64,000 nt of DNA from Octopus bimaculoides (GCF_001194135.2 NC_068998.1:24665315-24729314), one strand, 5' to 3'. Positions 1 to 13,094 are shown, numbered from the stretch's first letter. Numbers and translations: made by a program. The notes: generated from the letters alone by a model not told the origin.

Positions 1-1515
1 ATATATATATATATATATACATATAGTATATTTTAACTTAAATCATATGATGGACGTATGATATTTATATTATAAATTTATAATGAAGTAATGTTATCTT
101 CATGTCGTTTCTATGAGAATTTATCTAGAAAAATTACATCTGCTATCATTTCAATTTGCTACAGTATGACCATAACTGTATGGGTTTATATAAATAATTA
201 TTGCATAAGCTTACAAAACGTCGCTAAATTAGAAAAGTACATACATATTAACACATTATTTTACAAAATTGGTTTTTGGGTTGTTTATTTGCGTTGTAGA
301 ATATTATTCCCAGATACAATTAATATTAATCAGAAATACAATATTTCGAGGCTGTAAATTTTTAATACCATACCTCATTTCTTACTGTTTCCCTTTATTT
401 CATTAATTACGTACAAAACACAATCAACTTTATTGATTTGTTAGTTTCATATTAACTTTAGCTTGCTGCAGTGCTGTTCAAGGTCATCAGGTTATTTCGA
501 AGGTCACTAAACCTTGTTGGTTTTAATGTATTTATTTCATTTCATTATATTTTCCATAGGTCATCGATTAGTTAGAGTGACCCACATGCTGCTTCCTGCA
601 AAAGCAATTTTAATGATGCCATTTTTCTTTTAGAAAATAAAGAAAGCATGAAATAATATCTGGAAAAATAAAAATAATATTTTTGAAGGAAGCAATTTAA
701 CATTTAATTCGGAGGTAGTATAGCATGCTGTATATAGTCGCGGTTCCCAGAATCTTTTGAAATATTCTTTTCCATTTTTCGAGCTTTTGTCTTTTCTGTA
801 AAATGTCTGTTAATATTTGGTTACTTTTCTTTAAAGTTGTGCGTTTAAATTCCACCAGAATCCCAATTATCTTTTCTTCTAGAGTCGATAAAATGTATTC
901 TAGTTTAAGTAAACTACTTAGCTTGATTTAATTTCCTCTGCTTAATATACAAATACGTGTTCGTGTGGCAGTGCTAGACATCAAGTTTTCATTATTGCTA
1001 CTTACGTAGTTCTTCCCGATGCTTCTAAACTAAATACAGAAGAAAGCAATTGTTCGAGAAGACTTACAATTTTGTTCTCGAGTTTACAGGACGAATTTTC
1101 CCAACTGCATTTTTATACCTATTTCCATTACTACAGATTCTGTGGATAGTTGCCGATATTTTATGTTAATGATAGATTAAATATAACGGTTCCTTGCCAT
1201 CATCTGGGGCAGCACATTTTCCATTTTGTCTGCTGGAGCCATGAGAAATGCCTCTATATTGTGAGAGGCGAGATTTTCAAAAATAAACAAAAAAATCAAA
1301 AAGTAATCTTTTACGGTCTTTTTGTTCTTGTTTACATTAATTTGTCCTTCATGTTAGCCCCCGTAATCTGTGAATGAGGTCAATTTCAGTCTATTTCCAA
1401 TCCAAATGTTATTAACACTCAGTACTAATCGAAGTTTTGATAATAGTGTAAATATGTAATACTGATGTCTAACCTTAGCACTGGATTACATCTTTATTAG
1501 ATTATGCTATATTGG

Positions 1516-1727
1516 TCTCAAATTTTGACTCAAGGCCAGCAATTTCGGGAAAGGAGTTAAGTCGACTGTATCGACTCCAGTACTCAACTGGTACTTATTT
1601 TATCGACAAAGAAAGAATGAATGGCGAAGTCATTCTAGACGGAATTTGAACTCAGCAAGTGAAGATGGACAAAATACCGCTAAGCATTTCACCCGGCGTG
1701 CTAACGATTCTGATAGCTCCCCGTCTT
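1516..1727 (-). mobile_element. tRNA-derived SINE, family A (octopus-type)
   Basis: Reverse complement of the head AGGCGGCGAGCTGGCAGAATCGTTAGCACGCCGGG...GTTCAAATTCC (A/B-box like) and body GTCGATAAAATAAGTACCAGTTG; homologous to copies at 17397, 28566, 37425, 39478 and 57688. Confidence 0.85.
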
Positions 1728-1997
1728 AGATTATACTATAATATTGATAGATATTTTAGAAAACACAAACCTAAGTTAAAGTCGTTTTATGGTAGCATTT
1801 GAACTCACTAACTAAACATAAGTAATTAAATAGTGCCAGACGGTCCACCATTCTGTTAAACATCATATATGTTCCTATGAGACACAATTGTTGTCCTTTC
1901 TCTGAAAATTGCAAGTGTAAAGTAATATAGATATAATTGGAGAAGCTGTACCAAGTAAAAGAGAGATTGTTAAAGATGATTTGTATCATACGCATAT

Positions 1998-1998
<1 letters not shown>

Positions 1999-2049
<51 letters not shown>

Positions 2050-2100
2050 GTGTATATGTATATATGTATGAATGTATGTATGTAGTATGTATATATATGT
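1999..2100. repeat. Compound (CA)n/(TA)n/(TATG)n microsatellite
   Basis: Directly visible. Confidence 0.95.
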
Positions 2101-3300
2101 TAAATAAAATGAGACAACAAAGCCAAGGCTGAGTGGAGTTTTCGGGACATTTATAAAGAGAAAGTCATATATATGTGTGTGTATATATATACACATAATG
2201 TGTATGTATGTATATACATATATATATACAAAATGTGTGTGTGTGTGTGTGTTTTTGCAACCATCTAGAATGACGAATTAAGACGATTAATTTGTGTATT
2301 TGTGGTGAGTAAATATTTGAACAGCTTGGTTAAATTACAAGGAAATACGGCGTGAGATCTGCAGCGTACTAGTACTAAACAATATAAAATTTCAATAAAT
2401 TGTCTTACAGTAACGCTTCAAATTCGACAATACGGAAAAAAGAAGACAAACGAACTAGAATGCTGCTATGAGAACAAAATCTTCCCAACAACGACAGTAC
2501 AAGCAGAAAAGCATTAGAATAATATGTGGCTTCTATTTTATAAAAATGCACAATGCTCAGCTAGAATACAATATATTTTCCTTCATTGATGGAATTAATT
2601 CACACGTATATTCTCATATATTTGCCTCTGGAAATATTTGCATAATTGTAAAAACACATCTGTGTATAGATATAAGTATATAAGTATGTATGTATAAATA
2701 TGTGTATGCTTGTGTGTGTTTGTTTGTATAAAAATATATTAACATAATAGAGTACGCTGTACAGATGTAGAGCAGTATACGTGTATCGTAATGACATGCG
2801 CAAGTAGTGGTAAACGAACCAACCCATTTATTTGAGTAAGGAACATATGGTGTGTTTCTCGTTTATCGGCATTGATATTTAAGTGCATGATTATTTAAAT
2901 CCGTTGAGATGTAAAACACAAGCAATTTCGGAAAAGATTCAAAGTTAAACAAACACCATAAATGACAAGTGGAGTGTCTGTAACTAAAATGAACGTGAGG
3001 AATTAAATCAAACAATAAGTAAAACTAATCAATAAGTAAAGGGGAGATTCTTGACGTTTTAATCCGGTAGTAATATAAATTTTCAGAATTTAAACAAGAA
3101 TTTGTCTGCATTGTCACTTCACAAAAACATGAAATATTTCTATTTAGATAATCACAGATAATTGAATGAATTCTTAACAATAAGCTTCATATATACATAC
3201 TTAGATATATATATGCATACATAGACCCATGCATATATATGTTTGCGTGTGTCTATGTGTTGCATGTTCGTATACGCATATACAAATGTGTATAAGTGTG

Positions 3301-3305
<5 letters not shown>

Positions 3306-3354
<49 letters not shown>
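3306..3354. repeat. (GT)n microsatellite
   Basis: Directly visible. Confidence 0.95.
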
Positions 3355-3355
<1 letters not shown>

Positions 3356-3544
3356 ATGTGGCCCACAATGCCGCTCCTTGACTAAAACGCTCCCATCATG
3401 TCTCTCTCTTTTCTACCATCGCCCGTCCTCACCTATAGTCTCCATCCACGAACCAAAATATTATAAAAACTGAAGCATACCAGAGATCAATCGCACACAA
3501 AAGAGACGACTTTACAGGTTTTGATTACTAAGATTGGCTCGAGA

Positions 3545-3900
3545 TACTCAAACTTTATTCCGCTCAGCGCTGCCGTGAGCACGATATCATTTGTATGATA
3601 AAGAAAATATTCCATCAACATTTTATTGTTGATGTTCGCATCAACTATAAAATTCATCTAAGGTTTGATCTCCGTGCCGTCCACCTTCTGCTAAAATCAC
3701 GCTCGCACATCATTACAACACCGAATCAGAATTATATCACCTCAGCTGGACTCGCTCTCTTTAATATAATGGCATGGCACATAGGGCGTATGGGAAGAAA
3801 AACATGCCATAGCATTGAAACGATTCCTGGATGCACGTCTCCAACAAATTCCAGATAAGCCATCTACACTTGGATACATTTCTAGAAACGATTACTATTT
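3545..3900 (+). mobile_element. 3' end of a CR1/L2-type LINE ORF2 (degenerate)
   Basis: Reads LYSAQRCREHDIICMIKKIFHQH...NYITSAGLALFNIM, then after a frameshift ALKRFLDARLQQIPDKP. This matches the LYSLQRRRERY...GPxLFN...FKxxLDxFLxxIPDxP C-terminus of CR1-group ORF2. Confidence 0.65.
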
Positions 3901-4104
3901 TCTCGAACGGCCCATGGTGTTCGAAGTATGACTGTGTATGAAATATCATTAAATGTGTTTTCCTGGTGGTTAGTCATGGCCTTGACCAATTCTAGCCGAA
4001 ANNNNNNNNNNNNNNNNNNNNNNNNNNNNNNNNNNNNNNNNNNNNNNNNNNNNNNNNNNNNNNNNNTATATATATATATATATATATGTATTATACTAAA
4101 TATC

Positions 4105-4935
4105 CTAATCACCTGTCCAGATATCAATCAAAATCTACCACACCAATGGCTACAAGGGAAAGTTTGAAAGGGGAAACAAGGTTTTGTTATTGCAGCGCAA
4201 GATCAGAGCTTACCTACCAGAAACTACCATGCAAACGTCCTTAAAGATGGGTCTGACCCCTCATGCAGAATTTGCGCAAAATTCACAGAAACAATTGAGT
4301 ATGTTGTTTCTGGCTGCCCAGTCCTCGCTGAAAAGGAGTACCTCATAAGACATGACAGTCTAGGGCAGTACATTCACTGGAATGCTTGTAAATACTACAA
4401 AATTAAATCCGATGATAAGTGGTACAGGCACCATCCAGAAGATATAGTAAATGGCGAGGGCGTCACCATCCTTTGGAATTTCCCGCACAGACAGAAAAAT
4501 TGACTTCAACCGACCAGACAACAACAGAGGAACTAATCTGTTAATAGATATGTCTGTCCTACAAGATCAAAATGTCTCAAGAAAGGAATACGAAAAGCCT
4601 TCTCACTATAAATATCTGCAAATTGGAATCACAAAAATGTGGAAGCTTAGTATTATGATAATATCAGTAGTAATTGGTACGTTGATAATGATAAAGAAGG
4701 GAGCTGACAAGTATATTAAAAAACTCCCTGGTAACTCCAATCTTCGTGAACTACACATGATAACCTTAATGGATACAGCCCTTATACTACGGATAGTACT
4801 ATCCATCTAAAAAAGGAATAAATGTGGTGATAAGTTTAGCATGCATAGCAAAAGCGAGTGCCCTGGCTACTCTTAGCCTCTGGAGGATGCCCGGTATTAA
4901 GGCAGCTGAAATAATGTTATAATGAAAGGAAACCA
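4105..4935 (+). mobile_element. 5'-truncated R4/Dong-type (RLE) non-LTR retrotransposon, C-terminal part, frameshifted
   Basis: Reads GFVIAAQDQSLPTRNY...CRICAKFTETIEYVVSGC (CCHC knuckle, H>Y)...RHD...ILWNF..TDRKIDFNRPD...LLIDMSV...KEYEK...ISVVIG...ILRIVLSI*. This is the zinc knuckle plus PD-(D/E)xK restriction-like endonuclease; an (AAT)n run follows. Confidence 0.85.
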
Positions 4936-4937
4936 TA

Positions 4938-4953
4938 AATAATAATAACAATG

Positions 4954-5018
<65 letters not shown>
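4938..5018. repeat. (AAT)n microsatellite at the 3' end of the RLE LINE
   Basis: Directly visible, about 27 units. Confidence 0.95.
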
Positions 5019-5619
5019 CAAATGATGAAATTTCCTAAATATTTTAATGCATCGGTATGTGCGTTTCCAAAAATCACATGTTCTTTGTGACTATAATCTG
5101 CATCCATAGCATGATTACAATATACTTTGTAATATCCATGAATATTACGGTAATTCGTTATTCATGCGTTCATTTTATCAGGTGATATAGCATCATAGTG
5201 GAAAGTAACGAATGTTTAACTGAAGGATGTTTATCAATTTTCTCTAATCAAAAGGTTCAGTGAGGTATGTTTTGGGGAGAGGGCTGTCTGCATTTCGATA
5301 ACCGTGTGTGTAAATACATAGAAATAACAAGAGGAAAGAGATGGAATTGTTGGCATGATTGAATTAAGTATCTAGATTGTGTAGTTGTTCAATGTTGATA
5401 GGTAAGAAGAGAGAGGGATAGAAAGAAAGAGTCTATGGTAAGGCTTGAGTTATTTTGATATTTATGTGTATACATGTTGGGATGGGGAACATAGGTAATT
5501 GTTTTGATCTTAGGCACAACAGGTGCTTCCATAATGAATTCAGATGTTGCAGGGCAAAGGAGCAACTTTTGTTTAGATGTTTTCGGTTCGAAATATTTGC
5601 TGGTCACTGGGGATATATA

Positions 5620-6727
5620 CACTGCGTTTCAAATCATTAATGATGTGGCATCTTTTTATTTTATTTAAAACTACTCGTTGGAATTTAACGAAACTGACAC
5701 AAAATGATGGCAACAGTTATATGCGCGTGGTGTATAAAAAAATGTGAGGTTCTATAAAACAACTCAGAAACTATGGCCATTTACAAAATTATTAGCAAGG
5801 TGTAATTAGAACTCATGTAAGCAAGAAAATACCAATGTAATTGTTTGATGCACATACTGAAAGGAACACATGCAATTATAAACATGGAAGAATTGGAAAT
5901 AAACAAATAATCAGCGTTCAAAAATGATTGGTGAACTTGTTAGTGAGGGATATATGAGCCTTTGTTTGAAAAAAGTTGGGAAAAAGCACTGGTCCATGGA
6001 ACATGTTAATTTCTGGATTTCCTCTGATGTTATACCACGAGATACATCCACTATTACCTGCTACAGTTAACACTTGCTCCTAAATTGGCGTCCGTTCTCG
6101 TAAACACATCGCTTTCGAATACTCAAGTTTTCTATTGGGTTTAAGTTGGGAGAACAGGCAGGCCACCTCATCTTCCGAGGTGCACAGGAGCCTAATTGTT
6201 GCAGATACTCTGTAGTTTTCTTTGCCAAGTGCGAGGGCGCATTATCTTGCATGAATATAAAGGTTTTCCTGAACATAAAATTTCTCTCACAGAAAGGCTA
6301 TATAAATGCTGGACGATTTTAATATCGCCCAGCACTTTTGAAAGACCAACCATAATACTTCCAATAGTACCTGATGCTTTCTCTCCCTAGTGGGCATCTC
6401 AACCATTGACGAAGATGTAGTACATTTACGATCCAGCCCTTGCTCCAACCATCAGGTCCAGCAAGAGCAGCACGAGTTTCGGCTGTAAACAAAACCTTCA
6501 TGTTATCTTCTGCCCATTACAAACGATGTTTTATGTGTATTTTGTATAAAGGAAGCCTTTTAATTGGTTTACCGACATTTTCAGAAGTTGACATTGGGTA
6601 GTTCTGGACATAGCTCTTTCATCAATGCACTTGAAACGTTCTCCACGTGTAAGATCTGGCTTTCACACAGCTTCACGCTTAATTCGAGACAGAGAACGTT
6701 GAAAAACAGCCTTCGACTGACCATTGT
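5620..6727 (-). mobile_element. Tc1-like DNA transposon (degenerate transposase; upstream end lost in gap)
   Basis: Minus-strand frames give KVLFTAETRAALAGPDGWSKGW, FMQDNAPSH, WPACSPNLNPIENL and GRQFRSK. A Tc1-like terminus TA|CACTGCGTTTCAAATCATTA lies at 5618-5640. Confidence 0.9.
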
Positions 6728-7522
6728 NNNNNNNNNNNNNNNNNNNNNNNNNNNNNNNNNNNNNNNNNNNNNNNNNNNNNNNNNNNNNNNNNNNNNNNNN
6801 NNNNNNNNNNNNNNNNNNNNNNNNNNNNNNNNNNNNNNNNNNNNNNNNNNNNNNNNNNNNNNNNNNNNNNNNNNNNNNNNNNNNNNNNNNNNNNNNNNNN
6901 NNNNNNNNNNNNNNNNNNNNNNNNNNNNNNNNNNNNNNNNNNNNNNNNNNNNNNNNNNNNNNNNNNNNNNNNNNNNNNNNNNNNNNNNNNNNNNNNNNNN
7001 NNNNNNNNNNNNNNNNNNNNNNNNNNNNNNNNNNNNNNNNNNNNNNNNNNNNNNNNNNNNNNNNNNNNNNNNNNNNNNNNNNNNNNNNNNNNNNNNNNNN
7101 NNNNNNNNNNNNNNNNNNNNNNNNNNNNNNNNNNNNNNNNNNNNNNNNNNNNNNNNNNNNNNNNNNNNNNNNNNNNNNNNNNNNNNNNNNNNNNNNNNNN
7201 NNNNNNNNNNNNNNNNNNNNNNNNNNNNNNNNNNNNNNNNNNNNNNNNNNNNNNNNNNNNNNNNNNNNNNNNNNNNNNNNNNNNNNNNNNNNNNNNNNNN
7301 NNNNNNNNNNNNNNNNNNNNNNNNNNNNNNNNNNNNNNNNNNNNNNNNNNNNNNNNNNNNNNNNNNNNNNNNNNNNNNNNNNNNNNNNNNNNNNNNNNNN
7401 NNNNNNNNNNNNNNNNNNNNNNNNNNNNNNNNNNNNNNNNNNNNNNNNNNNNNNNNNNNNNNNNNNNNNNNNNNNNNNNNNNNNNNNNNNNNNNNNNNNN
7501 NNNNNNNNNNNNNNNNNNNNNN

Positions 7523-7650
7523 CGACAAGCTTCTTTCAGTTTCCGTCTACCAAATCCACTCACAAGGCTTTGCTCGGGCCGAAGCTATAGTTGAAGACGT
7601 TTGCCCAAGGTGCTACGCAGTGGGACTGAACCCGGAATCACACAGCCACT
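7523..7650 (-). mobile_element. tRNA-derived SINE, family B (5' part)
   Basis: Reverse complement of GTGGCTGTGTG...GGGTTCAGTCCCACTGCG...CCTTGTGAGTGGATTTGGTAGACGGAAACTGAAAGAAGC. Confidence 0.85.
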
Positions 7651-7654
7651 CCTG

Positions 7655-9218
7655 TATGTATGTCATTTTTTTTAGTTTTATTTCAAAATTTCTTGCCAAT
7701 AGAGAAAGTGTTGATTTCTACTCTAGATCCAAGGCTACTCCATTGGAATTTCAATATCAATAACAGGGTGTTTTTGTTTATATGTATGTATGTATGTATG
7801 TATGTTTGTATGTATGTATGTATGTATGTATGTATGTATTTGTGCCGAATTGGATACTTTGATTTATGTATGTATTCTCATGCATATACTTGCATATCTA
7901 GACATACTGATATATACTTAAATGATAAACCTCTGGGAAATTTTACAGATTTTGACAGTTTCAGTGATGGATTAGATCCGTAGTCTTCGAATTAGCTTTT
8001 TCCTTTCTTGTTTTGAGAAGACTAATTTCTGAAGATTGGTATTTATGCAGTGTGTTACACATCTCAATGCCCCAATAATTACAGGAATAAACATGAACTT
8101 GTAATTTGGATAAAGTAACTGCAGATTTCGTAAGTCTGGAATTCTGGTTTTCTTCGCTAAGTGCGAGGGCTAAGTAATCCGACTCTTTGGGCATGTATTT
8201 AAGGTTATTAGACAAGGAATGCTGCTCAAGGAGCTATGTTCCAAGTCTTGTGACGTTATCAGCCTCATGTATGCAAACTTTGTCAAGGGATGTAGTTTGG
8301 CAGTTGATACAACATTCAAAGGTGGTCTGGATCGTTGTTAAGCATCTGCCGCCTTGTTTTCGTTTTAGGAAGATGCGATCTACGTCACTGTTTATGTGGA
8401 AATTATTTGTGCTTGTTATTATCTTTCAGATTTTCACATCAACGGCTCGAATCTGATCAAGCGTCCACTCAAGCAGCCCAAATGTTGGTATGAACACTGG
8501 CACTGCAAACACATTGTCTTATTGAATGCGGAGAGTTCTGAGGTCCAAATTTTCTTTATTCGGCTGTAATATTCTTTAGTGACACGTGTTTAGTTACCAG
8601 TGTCATTGTAAGATATGTTTTTATCTATCCCTAGACACCTGCAACATGCTTCATCAGATATAAGGAGAACAGTCAAATCATTGATGGGGATGTTGCCAGT
8701 CTGGTTTACAGCTTCCCTCTTTTCACAACCATATAGCAACATTTATCCTGACCGAACCCCAATCCTGTATACTTTGCGAATGTTGTAACCAGGTCAAGGC
8801 AGTTTTTCATCTCGTGCATATTCTTTGCATATAGTTTCAAATCATCCACAAAAAAAACAGGGTATAATTTTGCTATTTATGTTTCCTTGTGAACCAATGA
8901 GATATCCTTCAAACTTCTTTAACATGAATGACAAGGATTTTATACAAAAAGTATAAACAACATCACAGAGAGGTTGTCCCATTGGAAGATGCCTCTATGA
9001 TACTGTATACTCTCAGTGATAATACAGTCACTCTTTTTGTTTAATTTCAAAATGGTGGCCCACGATGTAGTTAGGCCAGCTATGGCTTTGACTATTCTCA
9101 CTGAAACTTCATCAAGCTGAAGGTCTTCTAGCATTCATTTGCCAGAATGAGGATTCAGTACACTTCTGTAAATACTCGTCTCCAATTTCGTTAGCAGATA
9201 TTAATATCGTATCAGGTG

Positions 9219-9250
<32 letters not shown>

Positions 9251-9790
9251 AAGTTGGTAGAAAATACTCTCTCCTGGAGAATACTTCAAAGCCAAAGTTT
9301 TCTTTTTTCTCGGAAAATTTCAGTGTGGGCACATTTCAGCAATATATAATCTTGACTGTTACTACTACAATAATCGTTGCGGTTGTGCCTGCTATTTACC
9401 GTAGTCGTAGTAGGGGACAGTGGTCAGTTACTTTAGCCAATAATGTAGTTTGGCTGGTAGGCAGTATAGAATCTGTTGGAATGTCGCAAGCTGCGAAACC
9501 ACGTGGGGGTCTTATATCATTCAAGTAGCCAGCATCGAGGCTTTGTTTCTTTCTTTTGTAGCAGTTAAATAAATCAGTATTCAATGCATAACTCCTAGAA
9601 AAATGAGTTTTGTAATTACGACTTCTTCTATAACTAGAGGTAGAAAGAATCTGTTTACCTTTTGAGCTGCTGTTTTCTTTCTGTTCCTAGATGATGATGC
9701 AGTTGATGTTGTGTCCAGCCATGTTGTTTGTAGTAACTCTCTGCATGGTAAGTTTCAGTCTAAAACCTCTACCATCATGAATAAAAAGGC
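7655..9790 (-). mobile_element. Internally deleted R4/Dong-like RLE LINE (second family), including its 3' UTR ending in (CATA)n
   Basis: Minus strand has RT motifs RGIFQWDNLS (QGDxLS), FVDDLKLYAK and GLGFGQDKC; C-terminus IPVIIGAL...LQIQSITETVKICK; then a 3' UTR ending GGCAAGAAATTTTGAAATAAAACT...GACATACATAC. Many stops and frameshifts. Confidence 0.8.
9218..9247. repeat. Poly(T) run of about 30 nt inside the LINE remnant
   Basis: Directly visible. Confidence 0.9.
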
Positions 9791-11516
9791 TCTCTCAGTT
9801 AATTCATCTGAAGATTAACCAGTTATTTAACAATACTGATAGTTGCGTCTCCAAAGCTGGAGACAGGATTCAACGTATTTTCGATAAATATTCTCCCACA
9901 CCAAATACGCGATTTGTCGCTTCGAGCTGTAGGTATGTGTGTGTGTGCGCGCGCGAATTATATACGTACATATATGTGTGCGTTGAATACAAATTTGAAT
10001 GGAGAGGTAATGCGATTAAAAAAGATCAGAATAGTATCAATTAGGTTTTTTTAAATAGTAATCGCTTTAAATAATGCGTGAGGAAAAATTACATCGTTTA
10101 TTAGATCTTGAATGATGAATAGATGTTCCTTACAATCTATTACTTCAGTTCCACCTCACGAAAGATTCTTATGTTGGTGGTACATATTTTACAGCACTTT
10201 TTTGGTTGTGTCGTAAAACAAATTAGCATTAAACTAATAATAATTTTGCATTTTCAAATTAGTTACGTCTAAAACAAAAAAATAAAAGTAAGAGTAATTA
10301 GCTGTTGATATATTTCATCCAAGTTAGGTACAATATCGTTTTGTAATTGGTCTGGGAGGTGGTTTACATGGAGCATTGTGGTGTAGAAAGTAATAAAATG
10401 TTACCCGTCTTCAAAAACCAAAATTAAACAAGTGTTTATTAGTGGGACGAGTATGAAATGTCGTTTTTTCTGCTATATTGTAACTTTATCGACTGTTGTT
10501 ATTATTGCCTTTTACAGCACATTTGGAAATGAACCAGCGAATAAATATCTTTTATGGGGTACTTATATACTCTATATCTCACAACAACTCAAACGCTTGA
10601 CTCTCAAACAGCAGAACTGGAGTCATATATGGAACACGTAGTCTGTCAATAGAATAAATTCGTGTTAATTTCTCGTCTAATTAAGATCGAAATATAGTAA
10701 TAGAGAAAATAATAAAGATTATCATGAAGTTCAATATTTAGGACAACTTTATACAAAGCAATGCTTAAAGTAGACGACACAAAATCTTTACAAAAGTCAT
10801 GTAACAGCCATCTGAAACGAACGTAAGTTTGCATTTTCAAGAATTCAGTCGCGTGATTTTCTTTCAAGATCTCAGAGAAATATTCGTTAGCAATAGATTG
10901 TCGTTGGCTTGCTGTGAAAGCTAACCTTTTACTCCAAAGCCATAAATATCTGATCAGTACTTTTATGTTTCACATAAACAGGGTGTGTTGGCGATGGAAC
11001 ACCGGAGTAACTGACTAGCGGTAAAATCTGTGTATCATTTCCGGGAATCTCTGTGCATCAGTGAACACAGGAAACCTCTGTGCACTGTTGAACACTTTCA
11101 ACTCTTCTTCGACTGCCAGTAGACAATATATCTATCTCTCTAATTTTCTTTCTTTCATTCTTTTCCTTTTTCTATATATTATTTGAAAAAAAAAAAGAAA
11201 ACAAAAAACAAAAAACAAAAAGATATATTAATGCCAAAATATCCTAGGAAAAACAAAATAAGAGGTTCAAATTCTACATCGAAATACTAGATGTAGTTAT
11301 CGCAGACCAATATCTTTCTCTTTCTCTCTCAGATATANNNNNNNNNNNNNNNNNNNNNNNNNNNNNNNNNNNNNNNNNNNNNNNNNNNNNNNNNNNNNNN
11401 NNNNNNNNNNNNNNNNNNNNNNNNNNNNNNNNNNNNNNNNNNNNNNNNNNNNNNNNNNNNNNNNNNNNNNNNNNNNNNNNNNNNNNNNNNNNNNNNNNNN
11501 NNNNNNNNNNNNNNNN

Positions 11517-11551
<35 letters not shown>

Positions 11552-12149
11552 TAAATAATATAATACGAGGATAGAAGTTAACATGATTTAAAAGTAGATC
11601 AAGGCGTACGTTTCTGCATCCCTATCAGTTTTAAGTTGCTGGGTTCATATTCTATAGCCTTACGTAAGGTTACTCCTCATAATTATTACAAGCGGGACCC
11701 GTGAATATTTCACAGAGTTAATGGTAAACCTATAGGGCTAAATCTGAAAGCTTTATTCAAAGAAAGAAATTGGAATACGATGATTACTTAATGCAGTGTA
11801 TATACACACTTTATATACTTTATGCACAATTTTATAGACTTAATACACAGCACTCATAAAATAAATATTCACTCTTATTTTTCCATTTTTCCCAATAAAA
11901 AATATATGTATCCTGTGTGTATGATACAGCCTTTAGTTAGATTGCATATATCTGCCACTTAGATAAGCGTGAATATTTCACGGAGTTGCACTTATGCGCA
12001 TGCGGTAAATGATAGGTGATATAAAATCTTAGTTCAATTAAAACAAATACCAATCTTAAAGCGCAGTAAGCAGGCACGCGTTCCGTTAAGAAACGACGAT
12101 CCTTAATCACATGTACCACCGTGTCCCAAACAGGAAAACAATTTATTCT

Positions 12150-12394
12150 TTTATTCTTTTACTTGTTTGAGTCACTTGACTGCACGCATGCTGGAGCACC
12201 ATCTTAAAGGGTCTTAGTCGAAGAAATCCATACCAGGACTTATTCTATCGGTGTCTTTTGCCAAACTGATAATTGATGGCGAGCCTGGGGTACAAACACA
12301 GACACACACAAATATATACAAGCATATATATATATATACATACACACACACACAAACAACACACACCCACCTATATATATAGAAGAAATCCATC

Positions 12395-12454
<60 letters not shown>

Positions 12455-12590
12455 GATGGGTTACTTCCAGTTTCCGTCTACTAAATCCACTCACAAGGAT
12501 TTGGTCGGTCCGAGGCCATAGTAGAGGACACTTGGTCGAGGTGCCAGCAGTGGGACTGAACTCGGCACCATGCGGTTGGGAAGCAAGCCA
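12150..12590 (-). mobile_element. SINE family B, near full length, with internal (CA)/(TA) microsatellite
   Basis: Head (GGTTGGGAAGCAAG on +) at 12575-12590, (TA)n at about 12396-12452, 3' part (GCATGCTGGAGCACC...GTTTGAGTCACTTGACTG) at 12160-12200. Confidence 0.8.
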
Positions 12591-12889
12591 ACATTTTATT
12601 CTTTTTTCGTTATGTATAATCCCTCACTGACAATAAACTGTTGAAAGATCTGTAAGATGGTACTGAGAATAGTAGTTACTATGAAATCGTGACAGCAAGC
12701 GCGTCATGCTGAAATCAATTGTTTTGAATAGTTTTGAATATTGCTCATAACTTTGATCTTCTAAAAGTCCTGGCAATACCTCTCATGTAGAAATATTGGA
12801 GTAAAATACTTGCGAAACATCCAGCGTTATAAGAACACTCCTTATAAGGACACTATACATTACAACTCTATTCTGCGGAATGCCACAGG

Positions 12890-13094
12890 CAATGACACAC
12901 GCACACACAGACGCACCAACACACAGACACACACACGCACACACACACATACACACACATGCATTCAAACATATATGCATGCATATGTATGAACATACAG
13001 GCACATACATATGTACATGAATATGCGTGTATATATGTGTACACATCTCTATATGTATGAATGTATGTACGTATCTCTTTCTTTCTCTCACTCA

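Noticed and set aside
1006-1029. Possible 24-nt minus-strand microexon (FRSIGKNY) between AG and GTAAGT
   Set aside because: Such signals occur by chance in AT-rich DNA and there is no homology support.
6564-7763. Long ORFs containing X runs (also at 14305-15337, 26720-27823, 52675-53250, 54787-55210 and 60779-61572)
   Set aside because: They are artefacts of translating through N gaps.
10453-10641. Short ORF with a hydrophobic N-terminus (MKCRFFCYIVTLSTVVIIAFY)
   Set aside because: No recognisable family and only a weak donor; AT-rich DNA readily gives hydrophobic frames.
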